64,000 nt of DNA from Takakia lepidozioides. Lineage: Eukaryota; Plantae; Bryophyta. The notes under the pieces are model-generated. The model was not told the origin of the DNA. It worked only from the letters and a program-made list of their open reading frames with translations, and made no database searches. Shown in pieces: positions 1 to 11,989 of the stretch. A program made the position numbers and the translations under genes. The stretch spans positions 27,032,001-27,096,000 of the forward strand of contig CM060732.1 of NCBI GenBank assembly GCA_030704615.1. Direction: 5' to 3'. Numbering within the stretch: position 1 is the first letter of the stretch; the number at the start of each line of letters is the position of its first letter.

Positions 1-1335
1 TGATCTCTCGGCGAGACCCTATCATTTCGGGAAACGACGCTGATAAGTTGTGGCTGCTAAATCAAAGCCTCGTACATAGAGAGAGAGTCAACTGAAAGAT
101 GTTGATGCCAGTCACCAACTGCTGAGATGGGGCTGAGAGTCATGCATGGCGAGCCTGGCTCAGCGTAATGGAATGCAACATGTGGAGAGAACGCCGAAAA
201 GCAATGTCGTAGCCGAAGAGCCTGTGATTGCAGTGGTTAGGCCAGCTGTGGGCCATAACGATCCTTTGAGTCCTGTGAGTGATTCCCCACCCATATTTTC
301 CAGTGCTGGTGCCAAGCAGCTGAGAAGATCTCGGTCGATTCCTTCAGGTGTACGAGGCCACGCTGCTACTCCTGTGTTCCTTGGTCCATTGCTCCCCATT
401 GTCAGGCGCTTAAAACAGCTCCCCAATTTCTACTTACACTGACCGGAACAATGTAGGATCAGGGGATACAAAAGGGAGAAGCAAAGAACTAAATGCAGAT
501 GTTGGAATCAAAGATGGCAGTACACACCATATTGCCAAAGAGATTGAGGACGATCAGGATATGGGTGCAAAGCAGGATTCTAAACTAGAATTAGAGACTG
601 GAAAAATTGGCAGAAGTAATGGCAAGCAGGTGCAGGGTTTTACAGAACATGGAAGAGATGTTCTGCCAAATACTCTCGCCGTCAAGCCAAGTGCACCTGA
701 AAGCTCTGTGATATCGAAGGGATCCACCAATGGGACAACTTGTTTTTCCTCTCACACTGGCAATGTCATATGTGGGAGTCAGTTCCTCGGTTTCACCTCC
801 GATGTGGCAGATGTATTGTGCAAGTCCAGCAACCATCCACGAATCTTTCGATTGCAGGCCGCCTGTCCATAAGCCATGAAGGTGTTGCGCAGTGCATCTC
901 TTGACCTGCTCTTGAAATCGCCCCAGGGTGTGATACCCCATCCATAACTGAGGTCGAGTCTTGGAGTTGGAGAGCTCTTGGTGCCTGGAGAAGCCTGGAG
1001 GGGAACGGCCTCGGGAACCCGTAGATAACCTGGGAACTGTTTTTAATGGCGAGAACGTTTTGGTGTTAAAAAAAAAAAAAAGCCTTTTTGATCTAATTCA
1101 AATGATTTAGAGCCTAATTGGTCATATATTTTTTTTCAAATGGACTCCGTTTGACTCAGTTTTTGAGGGGATAGTTGCAGAAAGGGGAAATCTACCTATC
1201 TAGATTAGTTTTTTGGACTCTGCTAAAAATCTATGAATTTTTTTGAGTGTGAGTGTGCTATGAAAGATCCACAATTCTGTTTCTAGAATTTGTTGTGGTC
1301 TACATGAGAGATAAATCTAGGGATGTACTCCTTGT

Positions 1336-2085
1336 ATGGCTGGGGGAAATGAGGACGTAATTGAAGGGCAGGTCTCTTCTCTTAGCCTGTGCATACAAGG
1401 GGACAAGATTTATGTTTCTCAAGGGGCTCAGACTGACTTGAGTGGAGAGCAGTTGGACAGGTTGATTGCATACTGGGAGTCAGGCATTAGCAATAGACAA
1501 CACACTGCTGTAGTTGGCGTTGAGGGCCTCAATATTGCTTTGGACAGTCAGAACTCTGTTGGAGCAAGCAGTTCTGCAGCTGTAGGTGCAATACCAAAGT
1601 GGGTGAAAGCTAGGCTTGGAACACAGCCAAAGACAGCCCCGGGGACCAAGGTGTTCAGCCACAAGGCCGTGGTGTACTGGAGTAGAGGAGCAGGAGCTAC
1701 ACAAGTTTGTGCAATCAGACAGCGTTGCAGCCGGACACGCTCTGCACAAGGCAACCACGAGCGGGGGTTCATTAGCAAGGACAAGTTTGTTCTGTTTGAA
1801 GGAGATGCAGTCATTCGCAATGAGGACACCTGCAACCATCTCAAAGCTTTCGAGTTGAGAGACTATCAGACCCTACCTTTGTTTTCTTTAGTGTTCAGTG
1901 AGCGGGAGATAGCAGAGTGTTGCTTTGTCTCTACTTGGCAGAAAGAGGAGGAGGGTTGGTTAGAGCGAGCTACTGTAGCTTGGGACAAGGTTAGTGGCAG
2001 GTTTCTGGACATAGATATACCTCCTACACCTTACCATCATGCAGAGCGAGGCACTTTGAGAGAAGTCTGGCAGTTGATAGCATAG
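1336..2085 (+). CDS. Hypothetical 249-aa ORF upstream of gag; probable extra ORF of the PHD-integrase gypsy element
   Basis: Uninterrupted ATG-to-stop ORF about 500 bp before gag, same strand and similar composition; no recognisable domain. Confidence 0.45.
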   Translation: MAGGNEDVIEGQVSSLSLCIQGDKIYVSQGAQTDLSGEQLDRLIAYWESGISNRQHTAVVGVEGLNIALDSQNSVGASSSAAVGAIPKWVKARLGTQPKTAPGTKVFSHKAVVYWSRGAGATQVCAIRQRCSRTRSAQGNHERGFISKDKFVLFEGDAVIRNEDTCNHLKAFELRDYQTLPLFSLVFSEREIAECCFVSTWQKEEEGWLERATVAWDKVSGRFLDIDIPPTPYHHAERGTLREVWQLIA

Positions 2086-2606
2086 ATCAGGATTAGATCT
2101 TGCTTGGTCGGGCCTCTATTCTTCCCCTCCCTCTTGTTACTATTTCCATTACTTTGTACTTGTAGTTGCCAAAGCCTCTCTTGGTGGAGGCCAGTCAGTC
2201 CGGGGTTTTGGGCTGGGATATTCTGCAGGATCAGCATTGCAGATGGATTTTGGTGTGGGGGGTGTTGATGTTTTGATTTCTTGTGTTTGGATCCCCCCCA
2301 ACACCTGCATGCTTGACTGTGCGCCATGTTGGTTTTGTGTGGGCGCTTGCTTTTATAGGGATTAGGCCGGATTTGATCACTGGTCAATCCTAGAGTATGA
2401 TGTCGGTGGTGAGGCTGGAGTGATGACCAGCAAGACCACCAGTGTTTCTTCTATGGTGAGACTGGGTTGATGACTAGCCAACCATAGGAGTTCTTTCGGT
2501 GGATGCAGGTGCAGGTGCCCTGAGCCACTGGGATATGACCCTTAAACTGCAACAGGTGCCCATCCGTGTCACTATTAGAATTAGTACTAGAGCATTATAG
2601 TGTCAC

Positions 2607-4854
2607 ATGGGGGAGGTGCACATTGTGAGTGTCATCACGGAGTTACCCAAGGGTTTTGAGGGGAGTACGGCTACAGGTAGTAACAGTGAGAGTGGGTTCA
2701 TGAGACGAGGTATTCGGTTCAGACCACCTTCACCTCCACCCTCAACTACTGTAGAGTCAGACACAAACTCGGAGTCTTCATCAACAGGTGTGCAGTTTCA
2801 TTCGCCATTGTTGTGGGACGACATGGAGGAGATGTATGGAGCTACCAAGGGGCCTCGTAGGTACTCTGGAGCTGTGGGCACAATCAAGTTGGATGACTTT
2901 ATCCAGGAGTTTGACAGCTGGTGTGATTTGCAGCAGATGCGCAATCCACATCTATCCACCCCATTCATGGCGTGGGATGGACTGTTCCAGCATTTGGAAG
3001 GTCCGCCTATGGACGATTACCACAAGTTTAGGCAAGGACATGAAGCAAAGATTGAGGAGTGGAGGATGTATTGGTCACCTGACTACGTCTCCATTACTCG
3101 AGGCACGACGCGACCAGTAGCTGCATCAGTACCAATATCTCCCACTGCCAGCACTAGTAGTGGAACAAGTAGTGCCGGTACTTCTGCAGGTGGTACCAGT
3201 TCAAAAGGTGCTACTACTCCTCCTGCCACGACTACAACACATGTGCCTAGATTCAACCCGGTGGTGAAGTTCTTCCAGGAGTTGTGGAGGAACTACCAAG
3301 GTGTACGGACTGAGAAGCTGCGAAGTTTGCAAGACTTCCAGCGCAAACCCAGTGAGAGCCTGCGAGAGGCGTACACTCGTATGAGGCGCTTAATAAGTGT
3401 GACCCAAGGGGTTACTGAAGCTCAGGAAATCCAGTTTTGATATGGAATTCTGTACAACGAGCTCAAGAGAAGGGTGCGAGATGCAACCCTGTTACAAGCA
3501 GCCCAACCCACATTAGCAGATGTGTTTCTGCTGGCTGAGCGGATTGAGCTCAACATGGTGGAGGAGCGAGTTGTTACCATTGGATTTGGCAAGGACATGC
3601 CTGCATTAGGCACAGCTACCAGCCCACAGGCACAAGGGACTGCCCAACAGCGTGGTCAGAGGGGCAAGGTTTCCCAACCCAAGTTCCATGGAGCTTACAG
3701 GGGACCTCAGGTGTAGAGGCCTGTGGCATCTTTTGCAAGCCAACAGCAACCAGGGGTGATATATTGGACATGTGGAGGACCTCATGTCAAGAGAGATTGC
3801 CCAGAGAGTGGCAAAAGGTCGGCACAAGCACAGCCTGCATAGTTGCAGTGTGGGCATGGAGATGCCCAGTGTTATGACTTGCATCCTGAGTTGCGCCCAG
3901 GCCAGTTCCAAGGGAACAATGGTGGCCGGGGGTGAGGTGGGCCAGCCCAGAGAGGACGAGGTGGCCGGGCACGAGGTGCAGGCCAAGGGCAAGCTCAACA
4001 TGGCCAAGGACGCGGAGGTCAGGGTGTTGACCAAGGCATGGCCAATCGGCTTCAGCAGCTAGAGCAGAGGCTCGCTGCCATGGCTACAGCTCAAGTGGTA
4101 CCGGCTCCCAGGCGGGATGGTCCACCTCCTGCTCCTGAGGGAGGAGATATGGGAAGCATGGGATTCATGTGCGGAGCAGCACTACCACTAGTGCAGGTGG
4201 AGTCTGCTGCAGCCGTGACTTGAGGAGTAGCACAAGTTCCTGAGCCACGAGGTGCAGAGGTGGAATTGGATCCACAGTGTGGGGAGGCAAGCCGTCAGGC
4301 GAGGCTTCCTCAGTCATTCACATTGGCGGAGACTGTGTCGACGCCATCCATGGCACCTAGTTCTCGCCCGACTGTTACCGAGGCGGAGGTTACTATGCCA
4401 TTGGGGAGAGCCAGCAGCAGCTACAAGTGCAGCCTGCAGCCACCTCTGTGTGTCAAGCCCCACTGTTCTCGGCAACCATGATTGCGACGCCGGGGGTAAG
4501 ACCAGCTGCAGTGTTCAGACTAGCAGCAACACTCTGTGAGAGTGGGGAGGTCACTTCATCTTCTGCGGAGTTAGTGGAAGGTGTAGTGGCAGAGGGATCC
4601 TCGGATTTGAGGGTCAAGACTGCCACGGCTGTGCCATGGCAAGTTGCAGCTGCCAGGTTGACGAAGCTGCCAGCTAGGCCAGCCTTTGAGCGCGCCATGG
4701 TGACACCTAGAGTTGTCTTGTTAGACAACCAGGATGACATTTTCACTTTGAGTGGACCGGCAGGCAAGAAGTACCGGCCACTACGGGTCTTGTTGGACTC
4801 GGGAGCTCAGCCACTGATGTTGGGCAGAGCTGCTATTGCAGGTTTGGGCCTCAT
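2607..4854 (+). mobile_element. Ty3/gypsy gag and aspartic protease region (degenerate)
   Basis: Gag-like sequence (KLDDFIQEFDSWCD; LQDFQRKPSESLREAYTRMRRL), a Cys/His knuckle-like and RG-rich stretch at about 3760-4030, and protease motif RVLLDSGAQPL at about 4785-4815. In-frame stops at 3438 and 3714. Ends abruptly at about 4855. Confidence 0.85.
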
Positions 4855-5711
4855 GGGGAATGCTTGCGCGTGAGCCTGGCCGCGTGAGCCTGGCTAGGCT
4901 CACGCCACGTCAGCAAGCATCCACGTGTTCAAGCCCTAATTCCGTGCTTACCCCCCCCCCCCCCCCCCCCCCCCTATTACCGCGGATCAGCTGTCGCCTA
5001 TGTCCTAATTTTGTATCCCTCTTCATGGCCCCCACATGAATATTCTTTGTGGCCGAGAACAATGGCAGGTTTGCGGATGAATTATGATTGAGGTCATGAC
5101 TTTGGAATGAGGAGATCGTCCACTAGAGAACTGAATATTAAAAGCAAACTTTGTTTTTGGGCAAAGCAGTACATTCATTCCAACACACAATCATTTTTCA
5201 ATTCCGCAATCCGAAGACCTATTTTACGCAATCCCCAACTGTACTTACGGGAACGCGCAAAGAACTTCAAAAACAGTTTGGAGATGGAAGCAAAACCAAA
5301 ACACAATTTATTGAGCCTCGGTACTTGAACCTAAAGAAATATTGGAGGTTTCAGAGGAACCACTTCCAGAGTGTACAGCAATATCATCTATGAATACAGC
5401 AGCACATCCATGACGTTTTTTTTTTCCACGACCTTCATGGAGATGCGAGTAAAGTGTTTGTTCGGATAACACCCGTGCGCAAGCTTTCGCGTAAACCGGC
5501 AAGCGGTTGGATGTAGGGGGGCTCGAGGACATGTAGTATCCTTGGAAACCGAAAGGTGTCTGCTGATTCGATGACTGGTGCTGAACTCTGCAAAGCAAGA
5601 AGAGGAATGGTGGTAGATGTTATCATCCAGATATAGACAACGAAAGCCACTATTTCTCGAATGGGAACGACACAAGGAAATGCAACATATTCTGCACGAC
5701 TACACAAGAAC

Positions 5712-7435
5712 TTACTCACACTCAAAATCGGAGTCCACGTCCAGATCCTCGTCAGGCGCTTCGGGCTCCTCCAGAAGTCCCTCTGTGGATGGGGCAGAAG
5801 TAGTGCCCGACTCAAGCTGACGAAGCTCGCTTGAGAAGAGCTCCGTATCAGCTTCCATGCCAAAGAAGTGCCTTCCGGCGCTCTTGCAAGCATGAAAACA
5901 TGCTCCTGCGAATCCAAGAAGAACGAGAAATAAAAACAGGGTTTCCCTAAGGTCACTGCCCATATGTCAAACACAATGTGAAGGGCCCCACCTGTGCCCA
6001 TAGACAAGTCAACCACTCGTCCACCATGACGGCTGCATGTCTCCACCAAAGTCTGCATGAAAGCTGGAGATTTCTCCCGTGCACCTCTCCAAGGGACACC
6101 ATTTCATAGTCCGACCCGAGTCGACGTAATTGAAGATAACATCATCCTCCACAGGCTCGCAGGTGGGGTCAATGTGAGCTGCAAGGTCCCTCAACTGAAA
6201 CTCAGCAACACCAGCAGGAAGAGTGTCCTTCCGCCTCACCAGGCACAAAGCTTCGAACACTCGTGTCTGTCATTAATCACGAAGAGAGAATGAGACAGAA
6301 GACATAACCCACCATTTGATTTACCGGAAAACCACGAAACATCAATTGAAAGGAACCAACTCACTTTCTGCCCCGGGAACTCGCCCTTCGTAAGAGGCAG
6401 AGTATTGATGCATGTCCATGTTTTGATGACATGAAACCCGGAAGCTTTCATGTAGCTGAAAAGAGTTCTTCGAGCTGACATGTCCTTTGACTGCATGAGA
6501 AAAAGAGCCCCCGAGTCCGAAAGGAACTTGTTGCTGAACGAGAAAGCCCACTGCCAGTAACGAGAATCCGATTTGTTCCAAGTCGGGGTCGAATTGGAAG
6601 GAAACACATCAGGGACAGGAAAACCGTCAGGAATGTCCAGCACCACAAGGTCAGTCGCGTATGCCTGCTGAACTCCATTCACCCATTCCGGGCTTTTTGT
6701 GACCTACAGCCAAAAACATGAGACAGTGTAAGAAGCCCAATCCAAATCTAACAGGAGATCAATCCCCTGGACAAGCCACAACAAGCTGCCAAACACAATT
6801 ATTCATACAACAGTTTAGACATAAGTGTTCACCTGAGTGAGGAACGAAACAAGCATGTCCCATGATTTCGAGGGCACCCCTTTGAATGTGGACTTCCTCG
6901 ACTCCATCATTGCAAGAAAACTTTCATTCAGCACCTTACGATTGAACTGGCCCAAAACCCTGGAGGGATGTTCTCTCGCCTCGAAAACTTGCTCCCTGGA
7001 CTTTGAAGTTCTCCTATCCCTCCTTGCGGGAGAAGGCTGTCTTTCAGGAACCTCTGACGGTCCCTGTCCTTGCGGAGCTGCACTTTTCCCCTTCCCCTTC
7101 GGATCCCCGACAACCTTCCCCTTTCGTTTTGGAGTAGCAGTTTTCTCGAGCTCTTTTGCAGCCAGAGCCGAAATGATTCTGTCCTGGATGTCTTTCTCAG
7201 CCAATGGGGCAATCGCTGCGGCATTGTCGTTCAGGTTTCTCAAAACAACTTCATCGAACGGGGTGTCCTGTTTTGGCAGGTCGAGGTACCACCCACAGTC
7301 TCGGAAGTGCGCCCTGCTCCAGTCTTTGGCAGTACCAGCTGTGTACATTGTCTTGTCATTGGAGGGGTCAGCCCATGAATAGATGAAGTCTGGGTCATCG
7401 CTAAGGTACCTTCCCAGTATGAGGATATGATACAT
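5712..7435 (-). CDS. Beta-class (permuted) N6-adenine/N4-cytosine DNA methyltransferase-like protein; 4 exons, one frameshift
   Basis: Exons 7435-6833, 6703-6365, 6266-5992 and 5905-5712 are joined by GT..AG introns that keep frame. Spliced protein: TDLVVLDIPDG (motif IV position), FLSDSGALFL, TRVFEALCLVRRK, PWRGAREKSPAFMQTLVETCSRHGGRVVDLSMGTG|ACFHACKSAGRHFFGMEAD (motifs X, I, II as in N6_N4_Mtase), then an acidic tail. Frameshift near 6100. Confidence 0.75.
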
Positions 7436-7568
7436 ATACCTGAATCACATACAAAAAACCCAGACAGTCATTCGATCAGAAAACGAAAAAGAACACACAT
7501 TTGGAAAAAGATATTGAAATGCAGGAATGCAACACTGAGAATTCTACTTTTGAAATCCCGAATTAACC

Positions 7569-8068
7569 TTGCGTTGACGCAATGTTCATTCTAGCAGAAA
7601 TGTGGAACACCAAATGATAATGTTGTATTGATAGAGACAACGACTGAGAAGCGCAATTCAACATTGCTTCAACGCAAGGTTGTTTTAGGAATGAGAGGAA
7701 ATGGAAAACACTGCATGAAAACTACCATCAGACTATGTACTGGTGCGGATATTCAACATTGCGTTGGCGCAATGTTGAAATCCTCTGTTGAAACACATGT
7801 CAATGGTATCTGATAATCATAAGTTTCCTACAATTGTATTGAAATCGGGGGATGGCTGCGGGAAATTTCCAGCAATCCATACCGCCAAACAACGTTGCGT
7901 CAACGCAAGTCTGTTTGTTGGTACAGTGAAAGTTGTAAATAGCATTTCAAACCGACTCAAAACAGACTTATGTTCATCTTGGCAGCATTGGAACTGGATT
8001 TGAACTGCCCAAAACCAAAGGAAAAGCTACATAGCCTGACACTTCATCAACCTTGCGTTGACGCAAGG
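7569..8068. repeat. Five dispersed copies of palindrome TTGCGT-nn-ACGCAA
   Basis: Copies at 7569-7582, 7664-7677 (one mismatch), 7752-7779 (extended TTCAACATTGCG..CGCAATGTTGAA), 7895-7908 and 8051-8068. Confidence 0.85.
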
Positions 8069-8168
8069 CTGATTGTCCAGTTAGTTTATCCCTTTCACAT
8101 TCGGAAAAATGGCATTATGGGATACCCAGGTATAGGTAAGTGAAACCAGGTGGGACCGCAAGCCAAGG

Positions 8169-11100
8169 TCACTGGTCCCCTGGATCCATATTCAGAAGAG
8201 TGTGCACCTCTTGGGGGCTCAACCCTGGTGCATGTATGAAGTGATGAGTTGTGGAATTACACCGGAGTCTCTTTATGTACACGTAGTACAGTTGCTTGCA
8301 AGGGCAGTATGATGCCCCCTTGTTCGCCATGATCTGGAAGTCGGTGCAATTGCAGGTGGGTAATTCTGAAATGGTGATGGTGTACACCTCATTGCGAACA
8401 GCTGAGCCTGCCGTGGCCATCTGATACACACACCCGAAGCCTGGTGGGGGCACTTCTGTCGAGCTCTGGATTGTACAGTTCATCCGAAGTGCATTCCCCA
8501 TCCTTGTCTCGTTCACTTTTGAGGGAGGTCGCCGCCTCTTCGGTTTCCCCCAACGGTGTGTAGGATGCTTAGAGCTGTCGGGTCCCATTGTTCTTGCTCT
8601 CATAGGGGCCGGTGGTGGAGGCTGTAAAAGCGGAAATGGTTGTCTGGGGACGTCAGTGCGCTGCACAATCCGAAATCCTGCGGCGGTAAGGGCGTCGGCC
8701 TCAACCTGACTCAGATCGCAGCCTGGTTCCACCGGCCACACCAGGGGAGCCTCTGGCATTGTTTGTATGCCGTACTTGGGCTTTCTATACACGCAAGTCA
8801 TAATGTCGTGCCTGCAGAACCAGAACTGGGTGGTTGTCGCCTTCGCAAACTTTGCATGGACAAATCTTCCTGTAAAAGTAGGAGCAGGGACAACACCATC
8901 TGGATTCCTCCTTATCATCTCTAAACAACGTTGCCGTGTATCCACTCGAATTGCGGAACACCTGCCTCGAAACGACGGCTTTGTGCGAGCAATTCTCCAC
9001 TGTGACGCAGACACAGTCGTCTCCACAATGGCTTGGCCATACTGCATAACAGCGGGCGGAATCTGGGGCAAGCGAGCGGTGGGAATTTCTCGCACGGAAT
9101 CCCCGCTTGAAGGCGATGGCGATCTGGAATTTCTTGGGCTTCCACTGCTGGAAGACACATTGTGTGGCAACATGACGGGCCCTCGAGGTGCTATCCGAAT
9201 GTTCCTGTCGGATCTCCAGGAATCCTCTTCGCACCCGGGTTCCTCTTCAATCCTCCGCCTCACAGGGCGAGTACGGACGTCCCCCTCTAGGTGCTCACCT
9301 CTGCGGTGCAGAGGCGTCCCTTTGATCTTCTCTCGCAATGCTGTCGCCCATTTCAGTGGATTCTTCGACCTCGAAGCTGTTCGTACCAACAATTCCTCCC
9401 TGTCCGGCCCAAAGCCCCATTGTTTCCCACTCAGGAACTTGTAGTACGTGGCTTGCTGCATGATTGCTCTGTCGATGTCCTCCGTTGTGGCCGTCACTAC
9501 GTCCACCAGATGTGCGGCAGAAGACGCTCGCCAGGAGGAGTGCACTGATTCTGCCATATTTGTGTTCGGCATGTCCGTGTCGGAATCCAAGCACCGCTCC
9601 TACAAGGACACAAACAATGGTGAGGAACCAATGGAAATGTCCGTAATAGAAAGACAATTGCACGAAAATGACAGCATCATACCTCCCGCATGTACTGTCC
9701 GAACTGTCGATACCAGAAATGCCACCACCCCAACCAGCTGTGCAAGGCTCCCAGATTGGTTGTCTCCACTGCACCTGACGTGTTCCACCAAGCCTCGATG
9801 ATAGCAAACTTAACCTCCGCGTCATCAAATGTGGGTGCATCCTTCCACGCCGTACAAAGGACACGGTGTTCAGCCTGGAATGAGCTAGCAACAAATTTGG
9901 TAGTGTAGTGAGATAGACTCTGCATCCAATGGAATCCACATGATCTCTCTTTCCCCTCCATTGGAACATTGGGGTCCTCACCGTACATACGCCGCATCGC
10001 TGCACAGTTGGCCTGAGTGTTGTCTGCCATGAATCCCCTGAAATTGGGCTCTGGCAATCCCACCCTTGCCATCTGCTCGTTTATGCCCTCCCACATATGC
10101 ATCTCCGACTGTGTGTCCTCCCCTTTCATCTCGCAGATTGCAATTGTCATGAGCCTCTTGGAGTGATAGTCATAAACATGCACACCCGTAGTCACCCACT
10201 GATGGTTTGTAATTCGCTTGATGTGATCAAACATCACCCAAGCATTCGACAAGTTTCCAGTTGTCATGCGAGTGACCAAGTCGACTCCACTCCCAGGCCC
10301 ACACGTCAACATTTTAAAAATGTAACAACGATCGGATTCGCTGCCTTGCCCTGGAAACCTGCTACCTTGGATGTAGTCATATCCAGTCATTCGTTTCACC
10401 TCCAGGATTGAATGCATGTCCGACCCCCGGCCGAACTCCTGCTTGCAAGATACGATGTGATTCCGCACATTTGGACTACAAACGTGCGAGACGGACTCCA
10501 ACAGGTCAAGCATCTCTTCTTCGTTCAAGGACACCCGGTCTGAACCATCTTTAGACATTATTTTGCCAAGAGCAATCTTGTGGGCTGCCTTCAGCTGAAT
10601 CTGCTTTGGTCTGGCTCCGGGGCTCAATTTCACCTCCTCTTTTATGATGTCGTGTGCTTCCTGCACAGCCTCACGCATGTTGCCTCTCGCCAAGGGGTGG
10701 CAGTGGACCCCAACATGTATGCAAGCTCTAGTCAAGTCCGAGAGTAAATGGATAACGTAATATTGCTTGGCTCTGCACATGGACATGCACGTCGGTGGTT
10801 CTTTGCAATGTGCGCACTTGAAAGTACCCGCAGGAGCTTGGCTGGAGACAATGAATGGATGAGGCGTTGTGCCAGTCCAATCCGTCTTGTTTCTCCGCCC
10901 TCCTTTGGAGAGAAAGTGGAAGCAAGCGGGATTGAGGCACCTCAGCTTCCCCGCACAGAGGACGTATCGTACACGAACACCATCAGTAATTTTCGTGCTA
11001 CTGGTCTTCGTCACACACCAGGGGTGTCCGTCATGCTTTCGATCCATGTCTGTTAACATCCCTGAGGCTTTGTTTGACGAAGTAACAGGTGGAAACTCGA

Positions 11101-11989
11101 AGATGACATTACCATCGACTTCGGGAGGCAGATACGTTACCTTCCTGACTGGAAATTTGGCATAGTTGAGAGCAGCCAGCTCGGAGCGAGAACCATCGAG
11201 GTGATGTTGCCGTAGGAGCTGCACAATGGACCGGGTTGGAGTTATGCTCGAGGGTACATGCGTAGCACCTGCAGAGACGTCCATGTCGGATTTGAACAAC
11301 CGTGTGGAGGACATGGGGACCTCAATGCACTCATCTTCCTCGTCGAAAATGTCGAATATGTCCACACGAGAAGCTATGGAGGGTCTTGACGGTCCAGGTC
11401 GGGAATGATTATCGTTGCATACCTCTTTGTTGGCAGTGGCCACTTGTCGGTTTCCAGACTCCTTTGTGGATGGTGTGGGCAGCAACTGATTCGGAAAGGG
11501 AATGGGCATTCCCACAGCTCGGTACAGGATGGTGTCTGATGGGGGTACGTGCCATTCGATTCCGCAACCTTCATCGTTACCTAGCACGACAATGGTCTCG
11601 TCAACCTGTCCAGGAACATCCTTCCTTTCTTCTTCCAAATAAACTGTGCCCGGTTTGAGCTTGAATTTGGAACAAAGGTAAGTTTCAGTCACTCTGCAAA
11701 GTCCTCCCTCGTTTGGGATCCAGGCTCTCCCAAGCTGCGGAGAACAGCAAACTGCGTAGGAATTCGGAGCCATCGAAGACCGCACGAAGTTGGCAAGTGC
11801 GAGGTTCAGTATAGCGACAGACCAAGGCTCACAGGCACCATGTAAGTGGATCTGCGGAGTCCACCGACGATTGGAAGTCGCACATTGAAGTGGAAAGTAT
11901 TGTTTCAAGCTACATGCATGAAGGTGGGAGGTGTGATTCCATAGCCAGTAAGTATGACAATGATGGCCGAATCGGCGACGAAATAACAT
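8169..11989 (-). CDS. MULE transposase with GCM-like Zn domain, DDE core and C-terminal SWIM finger (2 exons, about 1240 aa)
   Basis: ORFs 11989-9683 and 9599-8169 are joined by a phase-0 GT..AG intron (9600-9682). Motifs: DGHPW..CAGKLRCLNPAC..CAHC..C..HVGVHCHP; FDHIKR; FMADN; CGFH (CxxH); TNMAES; SWIM-like CNCTDF..CPCKQL. True start codon uncertain. Confidence 0.85.

Noticed and set aside
1-945. Several short overlapping ORFs
   Set aside because: No recognisable motif in any frame; probably decayed sequence.
5107-5400. AT-rich ORFs near the MULE end as a third cargo gene
   Set aside because: Short, two competing frames, no domain evidence.
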